A DNA stretch of 64,000 bases from Octopus sinensis (GCF_006345805.1 NC_042998.1:189100001-189164000); one strand, 5' to 3'. Counted from the first letter of the stretch, positions 1-11,810 are shown. Program-made: numbers and translations. Notes: generated from the sequence alone by a model not told the origin.

Positions 1-2370
1 GTGTGTATGTACATGTGTGTATGTCCATGTGTGTATGTCCATGTGTGTATGTCCATGTATGTATGTTCATATGTGTATGTTTATGTGTGTATGTTCATAT
101 GTGTATGTTCATATGTGTATGTTTATGTGTGTATGTACATGTGTGTATGTACATGTGTGTATGTCCATATGTGTATGTCCATGTGTGTATGTTCATGTGT
201 GTATGTTCATGTGTGTATGTCCATGTGTGTATGTCCATGTGTGTATGTTCATATGTGTATGTTCATATGTGTATGTTTATGTGTGTATGTACATGTGTGT
301 ATGTACATGTGTGTATGTCCATGTGTGTATGTCCATGTGTGTATGTCCATGTGTGTATGTCCATGTGTGTATGTCCATGTGTGTATGTCCATGTGTGTAT
401 GTTCATATGTGTATGTTCATATGTGTATGTTTATGTGTGTATGTTTATGTGTGTATGTCCATGTGTGTATGTCCGTGTGTGTATGTCCATGTGTGTATGT
501 CCATGTGTGTATGTTCATATGTGTATGTTCATATGTGTATGTTCATATGTGTATATTTATGTGTGTATGTACATGTGTGTATGTTCATGTGTGTATGTCC
601 ATGTGTGTATGTTCATGTGTGTATGTCCATGTGTGTATGTCCATGTGTGTATGTTCATATGTGTATGTTCATATGTGTATGTTTATGTGTGTATGTTTAT
701 GTGTGTATGTCCATGTGTGTATGTCCATGTGTGTATGTCCATGTGTGTATGTCCATGTATGTATGTTCATATGTGTATGTTCATATGTGTATGTTCATGT
801 GTGTATGTTTATGTGTGTATGTTCATGTGTGTATGTCCATGTGTGTATGTCCATGTGTGTATGTCCATGTGTGTATGTCCATGTGTGTATGTCCATGTGT
901 GTATGTTCATATGTGTATGTTCATATGTGTATGTCCATGTGTGTGTGTTCATATGTGTATGTTCATATGTGTAGTTCATGTGTGTATGTTTATGTGTGTA
1001 TGTCCATGTGGTATGTCCATGTGTGTGTATGTCCATGTGTGTATGTCCATGTGTGTATGTCCATGTGTGTATGTTCATATGTGTATGTTCATATGTGTAT
1101 GTCCATGTGTGTGTGTTCATATGTGTATGTTCATATGTGTATGTTTATGTGTGTATGTTTATGTGTGTATGTCCATGTGTGTATGTCCATGTGTGTATGT
1201 CCATGTGTGTATGTCCATGTGTGTATGTCCATGTGTGTATGTTCATATGTGTATGTTCATGTGTGTATGTACATGTGTGTATGTACATGTGTGTATGTTC
1301 ATATGTGTATGTTCATATGTGTATGTTCATGTTTGTATGTCCATGTGTGTATGTCCATGTGTGTATGTCCATGTGTGTATGTCCATGTGTGTATGTCCAT
1401 GTGTGTATGTCCATGTGTGTATGTTCATATGTGTATGTTCATGTGTGTATGTACATGTGTGTATGTACATGTGTGTATGTTCATATGTGTATGTTCATAT
1501 GTGTATGTTCATGTGTGTATGTCCATGTGTGTATGTCCATGTGTGTATGTCCATGTGTGTATGTCCATGTGTGTATGTCCATGTGTGTATGTTCATGTGT
1601 GTATGTCCATGTGTGTATGTCCATGTGTGTATGTCCATGTGTGTATGTCCATGTGTGTATGTCCATGTGTGTATGTTCATATGTGTATGTTCATATATGT
1701 ATGTCCATGTGTGTATGTTCATATGTGTATGTTTATGTGTGTATGTCCATGTGTGTATGTCCATGTATGTATGTTCATATGTGTATGTTCATATGTGTAT
1801 GTCCATGTGTGTATGTCCATGTATGTATGTTCATATGTGTATGTTCATATGTGTATGTCCATGTGTGTATGTCCATGTGTGTATGTTCATATGTGTATGT
1901 TCATATGTGTATGTTTATGTGTGTATGTACATGTGCGTATGTTCATGTGTGTATGTTCATGTGTGTATGTTCATGTGTGTATGTCCATGTGTGTATGTTC
2001 ATGTGTGTATGTTCATATGTGTATGTTTATGTGTGTATGTCCATGTGTGTATGTCCATGTGTGTATGTACATGTGTGTATGTTCATGTGTGTATGTTCAT
2101 GTGTGTATGTTCATGTGTGTATGTCCATGTGTGTATGTCCATGTGTGTATGTTCATATGTGTATGTTCATATATGTATGTTTATGTGTGTATGTCCATGT
2201 GTGTATGTCCATGTGTGTATGTACATGTGTGTATGTTGATGTGTGTATGTTCATGTGTGTATGTTCATGTGTGTATGTCCATGTGTGTATGTCCATGTGT
2301 GTATGTCCATGTGTGTATGTTCATGTGTGTATGTTCATGTGTGTATGTTCATGTGTGTATGTTCATGTGT
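1..2370. repeat. 14-bp minisatellite (AT[G/A]TGTGTATGT[CC/TC/AC/TT])n, about 170 units, left end outside the window
   Basis: Direct reading shows interleaved variants atgtgtgtatgtcc / atatgtgtatgttc / atgtgtgtatgtac / atgtgtgtatgttt. It explains the long C/V/Y/M/H ORFs in all three + frames. Confidence 0.97.
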
Positions 2371-2689
2371 TTATTCCCATGTGTGTGTGTTGTGTGTGTG
2401 TGTGTGTGTGTGTGTGTTTGTGTGAGTTTGTGTGTGTTTGCGTTTGCAAGTTTGGGAATGAAGTGGGCTTACACCCTTATATCGAACACATGGGTTATGC
2501 TTTGTGTGTGCGCATGTATGTGTGCGAACATGCATGTGTTTCTGTAGCTGCGTGTTTGTGTGTGTGAGTGTATGTGAGTGTGTGTGTATGTGTGTCTGTG
2601 GGGAGGGGTCATGCTTTTATATTGTATGTGTGCGTTTGTAAAGGCGCGTGGTTTATTGTATTAGCTAACGTGTGCGAGCGTCCGAACCT

Positions 2690-4260
2690 ATTGGCAATTG
2701 CTGTTGATCCTGAGATTATTGACGGAAAGCTTCTAAAGGCTGTGATGCATCTGTGTGTGCGGAAGAATACCATACAAAGAAAGCTGCATCTAGTCTCAAA
2801 CAAATTCCGCTTTCTAGAAAAAGTGTTCAACGCTTTAGTTCGAGTAAATACATTTGTTCAAGTTATCTACGTTTTGTACACATGAACAACCTCGGAGAGG
2901 AGATGCTATTCATGAAAAGTTGAACACATCATCTCCGATAAAGTGATAGGTAGAACAGAAGATAAACATTTCGTTTTTGGATTTGGTTTGCAAGATTCTT
3001 TATATGAGTTCGTGTGTTGAAGCATAGTCTATTGTGTCTGAGGAAAGTCATTTTCTTTTCGTGCCTTATAATTTACTTGTTGCAAGACGCAACGAAAATT
3101 TTAGGAAAATAAAAATATGAAATAAGTGGAAATTTTACCGGTGAGTGTGTTACATTATAAGGCAAAAAAAAGAAAATGACTCTCCCCAGACACAACAGAA
3201 GATAAACAAATTTCAATAAAAACGTGATTCAAATTAGTTTGGATGATACTGGTACAGTGAAAGAATTTATAAAAAGAACGAGGAAAAAAATTGAGCCTCA
3301 TATTTTACATATGCATTGCAGTATTCATTGCAGTAAAGCACTTAGATGATAACACGGAGAGGGCTTTTCCGTAACAGCTTAAAGTGTTGATATTACAATA
3401 ACTAGTGCTTTGAATGACAATTTAAGTAATTTTGTTGTTATGGAGAATATTAGACTGTGATTACCCTTAAGGAAACATTAATCAAATTTTTACCATTCAA
3501 GACTTCTCTGAATGGAGCAAACGCAATTAAAAAAACACGACTGCCAAAGTAATTGTTAATCAAATGATACATTGTGAGATCCAAATTAAAGCTTGCTTTT
3601 CTGTAACTCAAGTGATATGACTATGTCAATGAACGAATTAAATCTAATAGTCTAAGGACAAAAAACGGATCTTGTGAAAAGTTGTCAAAAATTAAAGGTC
3701 TCGAGAAAATTCACCTTATTTGTAGAATCAATTTCCAAAACACCTTGATGTTTTCAAAAAGTTTGCAAACGGCAACTCAACAGCGAACTACATCCAAAAC
3801 TGGCTAGAGCATACGAACGGACTATATAAATATTTTGTAAGCAAATTTAAGGATATTACAAAAATGAAAAAAAAAACCCCTTAATTGTTAGTCAACTACC
3901 GTGTCAGGGAAAATATCTTACAAATAATTAAAAAATTTGAAAATGGGTAAATAGTAGAAATTTTCAATCTAGTTGAATCAGTCATTATTTTTTCTGACTA
4001 TATGACACGTGGAAGCAGGGTTTTTCTGCTATCAATGTTGTATTAAATCAAAAGAGAAACAGACTGAGCCTTACTGAGCGTGGCACAATACAACTGAAAA
4101 TGAATCATTCTTTGAACATTGATTATGATACATAAAAGTATATTGGAGATCTTGGCAGAGAAAGGCTGCAAATCACTGCTTTAGATGCATCTTTTAGATG
4201 TATCTAAAGCGCGCATCTGGACTTCGTTTTCAGAACCTGAAAAAGCACAAGTAAATTTAG
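2690..4260 (+). pseudogene. Highly degraded hAT (Charlie/Buster, ZBED5/SCAND3-like) transposase remnant
   Basis: Collinear motifs across frames, broken by stops and frameshifts: IPLSRKSVQR (~2804), YLRFVHMNNLGEEMLF (~2865), KEFIKRTRKKIEPHILHMHCSIH (~3260-3328), KLAFL..SDMTMSMNELNLIV*G (~3589-3655), EILAEKGCKSLL (~4146). They match the recalled order of Charlie/Buster motifs. Confidence 0.75.
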
Positions 4261-4268
4261 TGTTCATG

Positions 4269-4456
4269 TTACTCTCTTTTACTCTCTTTTACTCTCTTTT
4301 ACTTGTTTCAGTCATTTGACTGTGGCCATGCTGGAGCACCGCCTTTAGTCGAGCAAATCGACCCCGGGACTTATTCTTTGTAAGCCTAGTACTTATTCTA
4401 TCGGTCTCTTTTGCCGAACCGCTAAGTGATGTTAGGGGACAAACACAGACACACAA

Positions 4457-4509
<53 letters not shown>

Positions 4510-4677
4510 CATATATACGACAGGCTTCTTTCAGTTTCCGTCTACCAAATCCACTCACAAGGCATTGGTCGGCCCGGGGCTATAGCAGAAGACACTTGCC
4601 CAAGATGCCACGCAGTGGGACTGAACCCGGAACCATGTGGTTGGTTAGCAAGCTACTTACCACCCAGCCACTCCTAT
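4269..4677 (-). mobile_element. SINE family A (tRNA-like head, internal CA/TA microsatellite, (AAAAGAGAGT)n-type tail)
   Basis: Minus strand reads AGGAGTGGCTGGGTGGTAAGTAGC..GGGTTCAGTCCCAC (A/B-box-like), body, microsatellite, then the tail GGCCACAGTCAAATGACTGAAACAAGT. Near-identical to many other copies in the window. Confidence 0.93.
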
Positions 4678-4984
4678 AAATTGATACAACTACCACACAC
4701 AAACATTTTAATTGCATCCAAAGAAGATCACCTAACCGATATTCAAATCACATTCTACATTCTTCAAATAAGAATGACGGAGTTCGTGTATGTAGTCTGA
4801 AAAAGAAAGGAGATGTCTCAGCTGGGATGCCATGATCATAGGGCTGACCAACAGAAATCATTTCTTCTCCCTGTTTGACACTCCTGATTCTATTAATGTG
4901 AAATTAGCCCAACAAAGGATATACATTACGAAACAGTTTCCACTGTATTGAACAATGACAATTAACAATACACACCCTATTATG

Positions 4985-5406
4985 AAGGCAGCGAGCTGGC
5001 AGAAACGTTAGCACGCCGGGCGAAATGCGTAGCCTTATTTCGTCTGCCGTTACGTTCTGAGTTCAAATGCCGCCGAGGTCGACTTTGCATTTCATCCTTT
5101 CGGGGTCGATAAATTAAGTACCAGTTACGCACTGCGGTCGATATAATCGACTTAATCCCTTTGTCTGTCCTTGTTTGTCCTCTCTGTGTTTAGCCCCTTG
5201 TGGGTTGTAAAGAAATAGGTATTTCGTCTGCCGTTACGTTCTGAGTTCAAATGCCGCCGAGGTCGACTTTGCATTTCATCCTTTTGGGGTCGTTAAATTA
5301 AGTACCAGTTACGCACTAGGGTCGATATAATCGACTTAATCCGTTTGTCTGTCCTTGTTTGTCCCCTCTATGTTTAGCCCCCTGTGGGTAATAAAGAAAC
5401 AAGTAG
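4985..5406 (+). mobile_element. SINE family B, full unit plus a head-less second unit (dimer)
   Basis: Head AAGGCAGCGAGCTGGCAGAAACG..GAGTTCAAAT; second unit starts at GGTATTTCG (~5218). TSD ACACCCTATTATG at 4972-4984 and 5407-5419. Confidence 0.93.
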
Positions 5407-5640
5407 ACACCCTATTATGTTTCCATAAAGTCTGGTATTGACTTTGAACATCAGATTTTTTTCGAAGTACATACCAAATTTTCTAAATCTTGAATGACAC
5501 TACGTATGACCATCATCCCATTTCTTCAACACGATTCTCAGTTTAGACTCTGAACTTTTTAGGGCTTAAATGCAAGTAACACAAGAATATACATGCATAT
5601 TCCACCCCCTCTTCCTTTTTCTTTTTGTATACGCACAATA

Positions 5641-5654
5641 CGCATGCGTATATG

Positions 5655-5686
<32 letters not shown>

Positions 5687-5690
5687 TGTG

Positions 5691-5722
<32 letters not shown>

Positions 5723-5725
5723 TAT
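5641..5725. repeat. (GCGT)n microsatellite
   Basis: Direct reading. Confidence 0.95.
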
Positions 5726-6149
5726 GTGGTCCTGACAAAGCCTAGGACATCGATATTCTAGGCTGTGAACACGTGGTCTATACATACTTTACGCTACCTC
5801 ACTATCGATTATTTTTCTTTTTTTGTCTCATGTACATAATTCTTTTACATTATATTATGTTATATTGTGTTATATATAGTGTTGTAAGTTCTAACGCACG
5901 AAGTTCTCGGCCCTTGAGTCAGTCTATTGCTTCTGCTAAATACTGATTACACATACACATATATGTATACTTCTCTGTTTTCTTATTATAATAAATAAAT
6001 AAATATATATAAACCACGGTTTATATAGTTACCTTGCAGTTGAGTATTAAATATAATGTTCAATATTCTTTGTATAGGTAACTAACTAGTAATTTCATAG
6101 GATTTTACTATCCCTCAATGAGCTTTGTAACCTTTAACTGTGCTTCTGT

Positions 6150-6300
6150 ATATATAGTCAGTTCAAATAAACGAATAAAAACGGACAACATGAGGACGTG
6201 CACAAGAAATGTATTAGCTTGACGCTCGATGAAAAGAGAGATTTTGACGTTTCGAGCAAAGCTCTTCGTCGGAAAGGAGAAACGTCCAAAAGAGGGAAAT
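6150..6300 (-). mobile_element. Short Penelope-like terminal (pseudo-LTR) fragment carrying a hammerhead motif
   Basis: Shares the hammerhead and the downstream GAGCG(T/C)CA..TAATA..CAC(G/C)T motifs with 13890-14085 and 29680-29890. Confidence 0.55.
6243..6275 (-). ncRNA. Minimal type-I hammerhead ribozyme motif (U4C core, GUC site)
   Basis: Minus strand: TTT CCGACGA A-GAGC-TTT-GCTC GAA ACGT C AAA = stem I, core, stem II, GAA, palindromic stem III, N17=C. Confidence 0.65.
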
Positions 6301-6335
6301 GAAATCAGTAACAGCACGCATGTAATTACATTATT

Positions 6336-6369
<34 letters not shown>

Positions 6370-6544
6370 GAGAGAGAGAGAGAGAGATATCTGTTACAGT
6401 ATTCATTAGAATCTTGGTATATCATCATGTAGGACGCCACGAATTGCTGGGGACTTAGTATCGAGCTCTCAGTACTTTAAAGTAATTATTAGTTGTATGT
6501 TAGTAGTATAATGTACGTATGTATATGTACACGCACATATGTAG

Positions 6545-6581
<37 letters not shown>

Positions 6582-6942
6582 GAATATAGATATATACATA
6601 GGTACCAAATCTAATATAAACTGTAGATCCAACCCAGGGTCGGTTCCAAGTGTAGCGTATTTATAAAAGAACACAAGCGGGGTTCAAAACTCAAAAGAGC
6701 TGTTTCGGCAACATAGATGCATTCTTAGGAAAATATATGCCATCATCAGGTAAATTTTTTAAACACATAAATAGACAAGATAGGCACCGACAATGACCAA
6801 TTCACTGTCTACCATAGTGAAATAAGTCATGTTTATGTGTTAAAAATTGACCTAATGATGGCGAGTTTGTTTTTTTTTTTGCTATGATGTAATCTAAAAT
6901 AAAATGATACTGAAACAGTTCTTGTGAGTTTTTAGAACCACT

Positions 6943-6946
6943 TGTG

Positions 6947-6997
<51 letters not shown>

Positions 6998-7137
6998 AGC
7001 AGCAGCATCGAACTCCCTGTTGATCAAGTGCTACGTATCAGAGGTGGTTTCACATACTAGTGTAGCTCATTCAACGGCGGTGCCCCGGCCCGGCATGGCC
7101 GCAGCCTTCGGGCTGAAACATTTTAAGGATTTTAAGG

Positions 7138-7178
<41 letters not shown>

Positions 7179-7226
7179 CATACAGACAGACACACACATA
7201 CATATATATATGTATGTATATATATA

Positions 7227-7301
<75 letters not shown>

Positions 7302-7321
7302 ATATATATATATATATATAT

Positions 7322-7390
<69 letters not shown>
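6943..7390. repeat. (TA)n-rich arrays flanking a retroposon 3' tail
   Basis: Direct reading, 6943-6994 and 7140-7390. Confidence 0.9.
6996..7140 (+). mobile_element. 3' end of an unidentified SINE/LINE related to the family-A tail
   Basis: GGCGGTGCCCC..GCATGGCCGCAGCCTTCGGGCTGAAAC followed by (TTTTAAGGA)n; homologous to the family-A tail GGCGGTGCTCCAGCATGGCCGCAGTCAAATGACTGAAAC. Confidence 0.7.
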
Positions 7391-7393
<3 letters not shown>

Positions 7394-8143
7394 CAAAACA
7401 GGAAGTTGGAAAATGTATTGGTATTATTTATTCACCATTACACATGTTTCATTTGCTAATGGAAATTAGGGAGTTTTACACGTTAGATAAATATGTAAGG
7501 TATTTCATGTATGTCTGTGTGTGTAAATACAGCTAGCTAGAAGCGTCGTTAACGCATTAGGGTCGATAGATTGGCGGAATGATTAGAGGTAGATATGAAC
7601 TCATGCTGTATTGTTTCCAACTCATAGTATCACTAGTTCAAATCCCACCTCGAGTAAGTGATTTTCACGTGGTGGGGAAAATGGGACCTTTGTGAACAGC
7701 TAACAGTGAAAGGCTCCTAATATTAGATGAAGTGACGCATTGACTGGATTTGCTTAGTAATATCAATATGCATGAAAGGGATCACTGCACTAAAATTTGG
7801 GATAAACGCTAGGTCAGAATGTGCGTGTGTATATGTGTGTGTATGTTGTGTGTGAGTGTGTTGCGTACTAGTGTATTGTGTGTGTGTGTATATGTATGTA
7901 TGTATGTATAAATTTTGCGTGTGTGTTTGCGTATATCAAGAGAGAAGGGAAGATAGAGAGAAAGAAAGAAGAGTGCGTGTACATTTACCTCATTTGATTG
8001 TGGCCGTTCTCACGGTTTTTCTTGTTCTTTTTGTATAATACCCTTTTGAAAACATTGATATTGTTCATCAATCAATCAATTGATAAGCAAAATGCTCCAT
8101 ATAAGTATGTGTGCGTATATGCTAATGCTTGCATCGCCTGCAT

Positions 8144-8211
<68 letters not shown>

Positions 8212-8737
8212 GCTAGTTCATACACTACTGTAATTCTTGAATAGCACCTAAAACTCAATATAGTCAATACATTACAATGATTTCTCCCACCTATTAAGAA
8301 TCCGTAACAATAGAGACTCGATGGACTAGACTTGCATCCACTAAACCGGAAATTTTTAAACGGTGTTCACTAAATTACTATTGCTGCTGATTACATTAAG
8401 TGCACCAAGATATAAACAGAGTCAACCATTCCTGAATGAGTGCCAGTTTCGCTCCTCCTACACACAACTATTTAGTTGTTAGGTAGGCTTTGATATTCTC
8501 TATAAATCAAACCAAGGAATGCCTTTTTGCAGCTTGGAATTCACATGGATATTTTTCCATGCATATATGTACACATAACGCACACTTCGTTGGTATTCTG
8601 CTAATTAACGTGTATTAAGCTTGTTTTATTTTTTGCTTTTGCTTTTTGCTTTTGTCTGGGTAATTTATTCTTCCTATTTGACTGTGTCAGGTTAGCTATA
8701 TCTCAATACAGATAAAACATTTTATTTTAATGTATGT

Positions 8738-9180
8738 ACTAGAGTATCGCCCGGCGTTGCTCGGGTTCGTTTCGACCCTTTAGAATTGGAATTTTTGAAA
8801 AGTAAAAATTTTGCATTATGTAGCTTGTTATTCTCTTTAAGTGAACATTTTTCTGGTTGAAATACACCGAAAAATGGCGACACAGCAATCAAAAAATCGT
8901 TAAAAAATAGGGATTTTCATAGAAAAAAGCACCTTTTTTATGTAAATAATTTTTGGTGTTAACATAGTCCGATCTGAATTTATTCTTCTACAGAAGGAAG
9001 AGCAAGCCTTCTATCATTCCTATGAAATACTGATCTGAAGCTATTCAATACTGACATCAGAATTCAAACAAAATCATTACAAAATACCTATTATAAACTT
9101 GGTTTCTGCAATCTTTTGACAAGACTTACTTTTATTCTGACTGCACACAGATTTTACACTTTAATATATTTTCAAAGAAG
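8738..9180 (+). mobile_element. Non-autonomous Helitron-like element (copy 1; 3' end uncertain)
   Basis: 5' ACTAG-AGTATCGCCCGGCGTTGCTCGGG with hairpin. The first ~280 bp align by eye with 24666-24950. Confidence 0.7.
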
Positions 9181-10642
9181 ACATAAATTTATAAAGACGA
9201 TTTCTAAAATGTTGATATTTGTCTTGAATGTCTCTTTTTGTTTTGCAGTTTGAGTAAATATATAAATGTATATAGGTGGGTGTCTTTCAAAAGATTTAGC
9301 GTTCAAATAACTGAACTGTTCTCATAAATACTCATATCTAAACTAGTTTGCTGTACCCATCGCCAATGGACTAATTTATTTGCTTATTTTCCCTGTAAAT
9401 TAATGAAAAAAATTTTTGTCGCTGGGCAGAATTATTTTCTTCTATTATTTTCATTGTACTTTTTTACTTTTGGTAAGCAGCTTTTAATACACAAACTAAT
9501 TTTTATTGATATTTTATTCGATACATAGTTTTGTATATTGCTTACTGGTTTTCAGAGACCGTGAAATTAAATAATTGTTATGAAGAATAGAATAGCTCTG
9601 CATTCGAATGAAAATAATCTTATTGGCTGTGTGTACACCGTTTTATTTGAAGCTGAATGAATGTATTTACCAAGTATAATTGCAGTTATTTTAGAATAAA
9701 TACTATAATGACTGCTATTGCCTTTCTGCGATATGTCTTCAACTGATTCATATTATCATTATTACTGTTTGTAAATGCTTTCTTCTTTAACAGTTTATGT
9801 TCTAAAAGAAGTGAATAGTCGAAATAGTTTATCGCTTAATCAGCGCTTGTCATTCAAAGTCTCGGAGACAGGCTCAAATGGTTTCAATATAGTATACTCT
9901 TCTAAAAGTAGTCATGGGCTAGGTAGTACGAGTAGTTGCGTTAAACTGGACGTCGGACTAAATCCACTTCTCAAGAACAAGATCTATCTTTTAGGCAGGC
10001 TTCCACGCAGTTTCCATCAACTAATTTTCACTGACAACGCTTAAATTAACTCGAGGTTATGTCTGTGCTACGCAGTGGGATCAAAACCGACACTGGCTCA
10101 GTTATGAAGGTAATTTATTAAAAAAATTTTTTTAAACCAATGGCTGGTAGAACACTGGACTAAATGACTTTCAGTAATTACATTTACCACTAAACATACA
10201 AGGTTTAAATCCTGCTCGGATCGACTTTGCCCTTCAGTATAACTGGATCGAGATAATACGCGCCAGAAACTCACCGGGAATGATTCAATAACTTATACTC
10301 TCTACACAAATGTGCGCCTGTCTACCAAAAGGCATTGTGTTTATATTCAGCACATTGTAACTCTATCAGTAAAATGGTGAACTAGATAATTTACCTCAAA
10401 GAGATTAAGGCCGTGCTAGTCTCAATCAAAATGTTGACTCAGTTGAGTTTCTCTTTCATCTATTCGAGGTCAATAAAAATAATATAAACTGTAATCAATC
10501 CAATCAACTCATTTCTTTTCTACGAACAATTGGCATGCATCCTGTCAAGGAAATCGATACTATAGCCCTTTTGTTATTTACAATTTAAGTTTTGAAAATA
10601 TATTTTATCCTTTGTTCATACACACACATACATATATATATA

Positions 10643-10773
10643 CAGGGTGTCCCAAAAAAATGTATACACATAGTGGTTCGGCAAAAGAGAACGATAGAAT
10701 AAGTACTAGGCTTACAAAGAATAACAAATTTACAATTATTTAAGGTGTGTATACATTTTCTTGGGACACCCTG
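10643..10773. mobile_element. 131-bp Tc1/mariner-type MITE
   Basis: TIRs CAGGGTGTCCCAAAAAAATGTATACACA / TGTGTATACATTTTCTTGGGACACCCTG, flanked by TA on both sides. Confidence 0.9.
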
Positions 10774-10816
10774 TATATATATATACTTTATTTAAAAGCA
10801 GCAGAAATTTAACAAA

Positions 10817-10855
10817 ACCTGTTACTCGGAGTTTCACGTTCCCGTTCGTCGGACC
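10817..10855 (-). ncRNA. Hammerhead motif, left arm (U4C, GUA site)
   Basis: Minus strand: GGT CCGACGA ACG-GGAA-CGT GAA ACTC-C-GAGT A ACAGG. Confidence 0.65.
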
Positions 10856-10863
10856 TTTTTTTT

Positions 10864-10920
10864 TTAACAAAACTGTCCGACGAACGAGAACGTGAAACTC
10901 CGAGTGACAGCTTTTGTTAA
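10864..10920 (+). ncRNA. Hammerhead motif, right arm (long stem I, N17=G)
   Basis: TTAACAAAACTGT CCGACGA ACG-AGAA-CGT GAA ACTC-C-GAGT G ACAG-C-TTTTGTTAA; 13-bp stem I with one bulge. Confidence 0.7.
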
Positions 10921-11014
10921 ATTTCTGCTGCTTTTAAATAAAGCATATTACTCTACCTCTGGTATAATCGAGTACTCTTTTTTCCACCTTGTTTCACATT
11001 TATGTGTTTACTCC

Positions 11015-11089
<75 letters not shown>

Positions 11090-11436
11090 GGTGGGGAATA
11101 AAAATAGGTGAAAAAGTAAGGAGTGCGTTGCGTTACGTGAATAATGTTTCCAGAAGTCAAAACACGTATTATAATGAACAAAGAAACGGAAAACAGACAG
11201 CCTTTGGGTCCTGTATATGCAGGCTGTAGTGCATTCGTGAGTTGATAGTGCAGTGCATTAAATTTCGACACACTCGTATATTGAATTCATATCCCACTTG
11301 CGATGTGTGCTTGGTTTTTTATTGCCTGTGATAATTTTGTATTATCGGCATAGCTAGTGACAGTGGCTGTCCAACTGACCGTAGGCATGTCCAAGAGTGT
11401 TATTATGAAGAGTAATGGCCTCATACATACACATTC

Positions 11437-11537
11437 TTTTATATTCTTTTATTCTTTTACTTGTTTCAGTGATTTGACGCGGCCAGTTACACTAAGTTAC
11501 GGAGACATAAACACACCAACAGACGGACAGACACACA

Positions 11538-11575
<38 letters not shown>

Positions 11576-11742
11576 ACACACACATATATGCAATGGGCTT
11601 CTTTCAGTTTCCATCTACCAAGTCCATTCATAAGGCTCTGGTTGGACTGAAGCTATAATAGAAGACATTTGCCCAAGGTGCCACGCAGTGGGACTGAATC
11701 GGGAAACAAGTGGTTGAGAAGCAAGCTTCTTACCACACAGCC

Positions 11743-11745
<3 letters not shown>
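11437..11745 (-). mobile_element. SINE family A, diverged and internally deleted
   Basis: Tail TTTTACTTGTTTCAG.., CA microsatellite, ..GTGCCACGCAGTGGGACTGAA..CCACACAGCCA. Confidence 0.85.

Positions 11746-11810
<65 letters not shown>

Larger units (their letters stand above)
10783..11017 (+). mobile_element. Foldback Penelope-like terminal element with two inverted hammerhead motifs
   Basis: Arms 10783-10854 and 10875-10948 are near-perfect inverted repeats; both outer ends abut (TA)n. Confidence 0.7.

Noticed and set aside
1-2567. Long ORFs of 848, 740, 529 and 323 aa (C/V/Y/M/H-rich)
   Set aside because: They are translations of a stop-free 14-bp minisatellite in all three frames, with no protein-like complexity.
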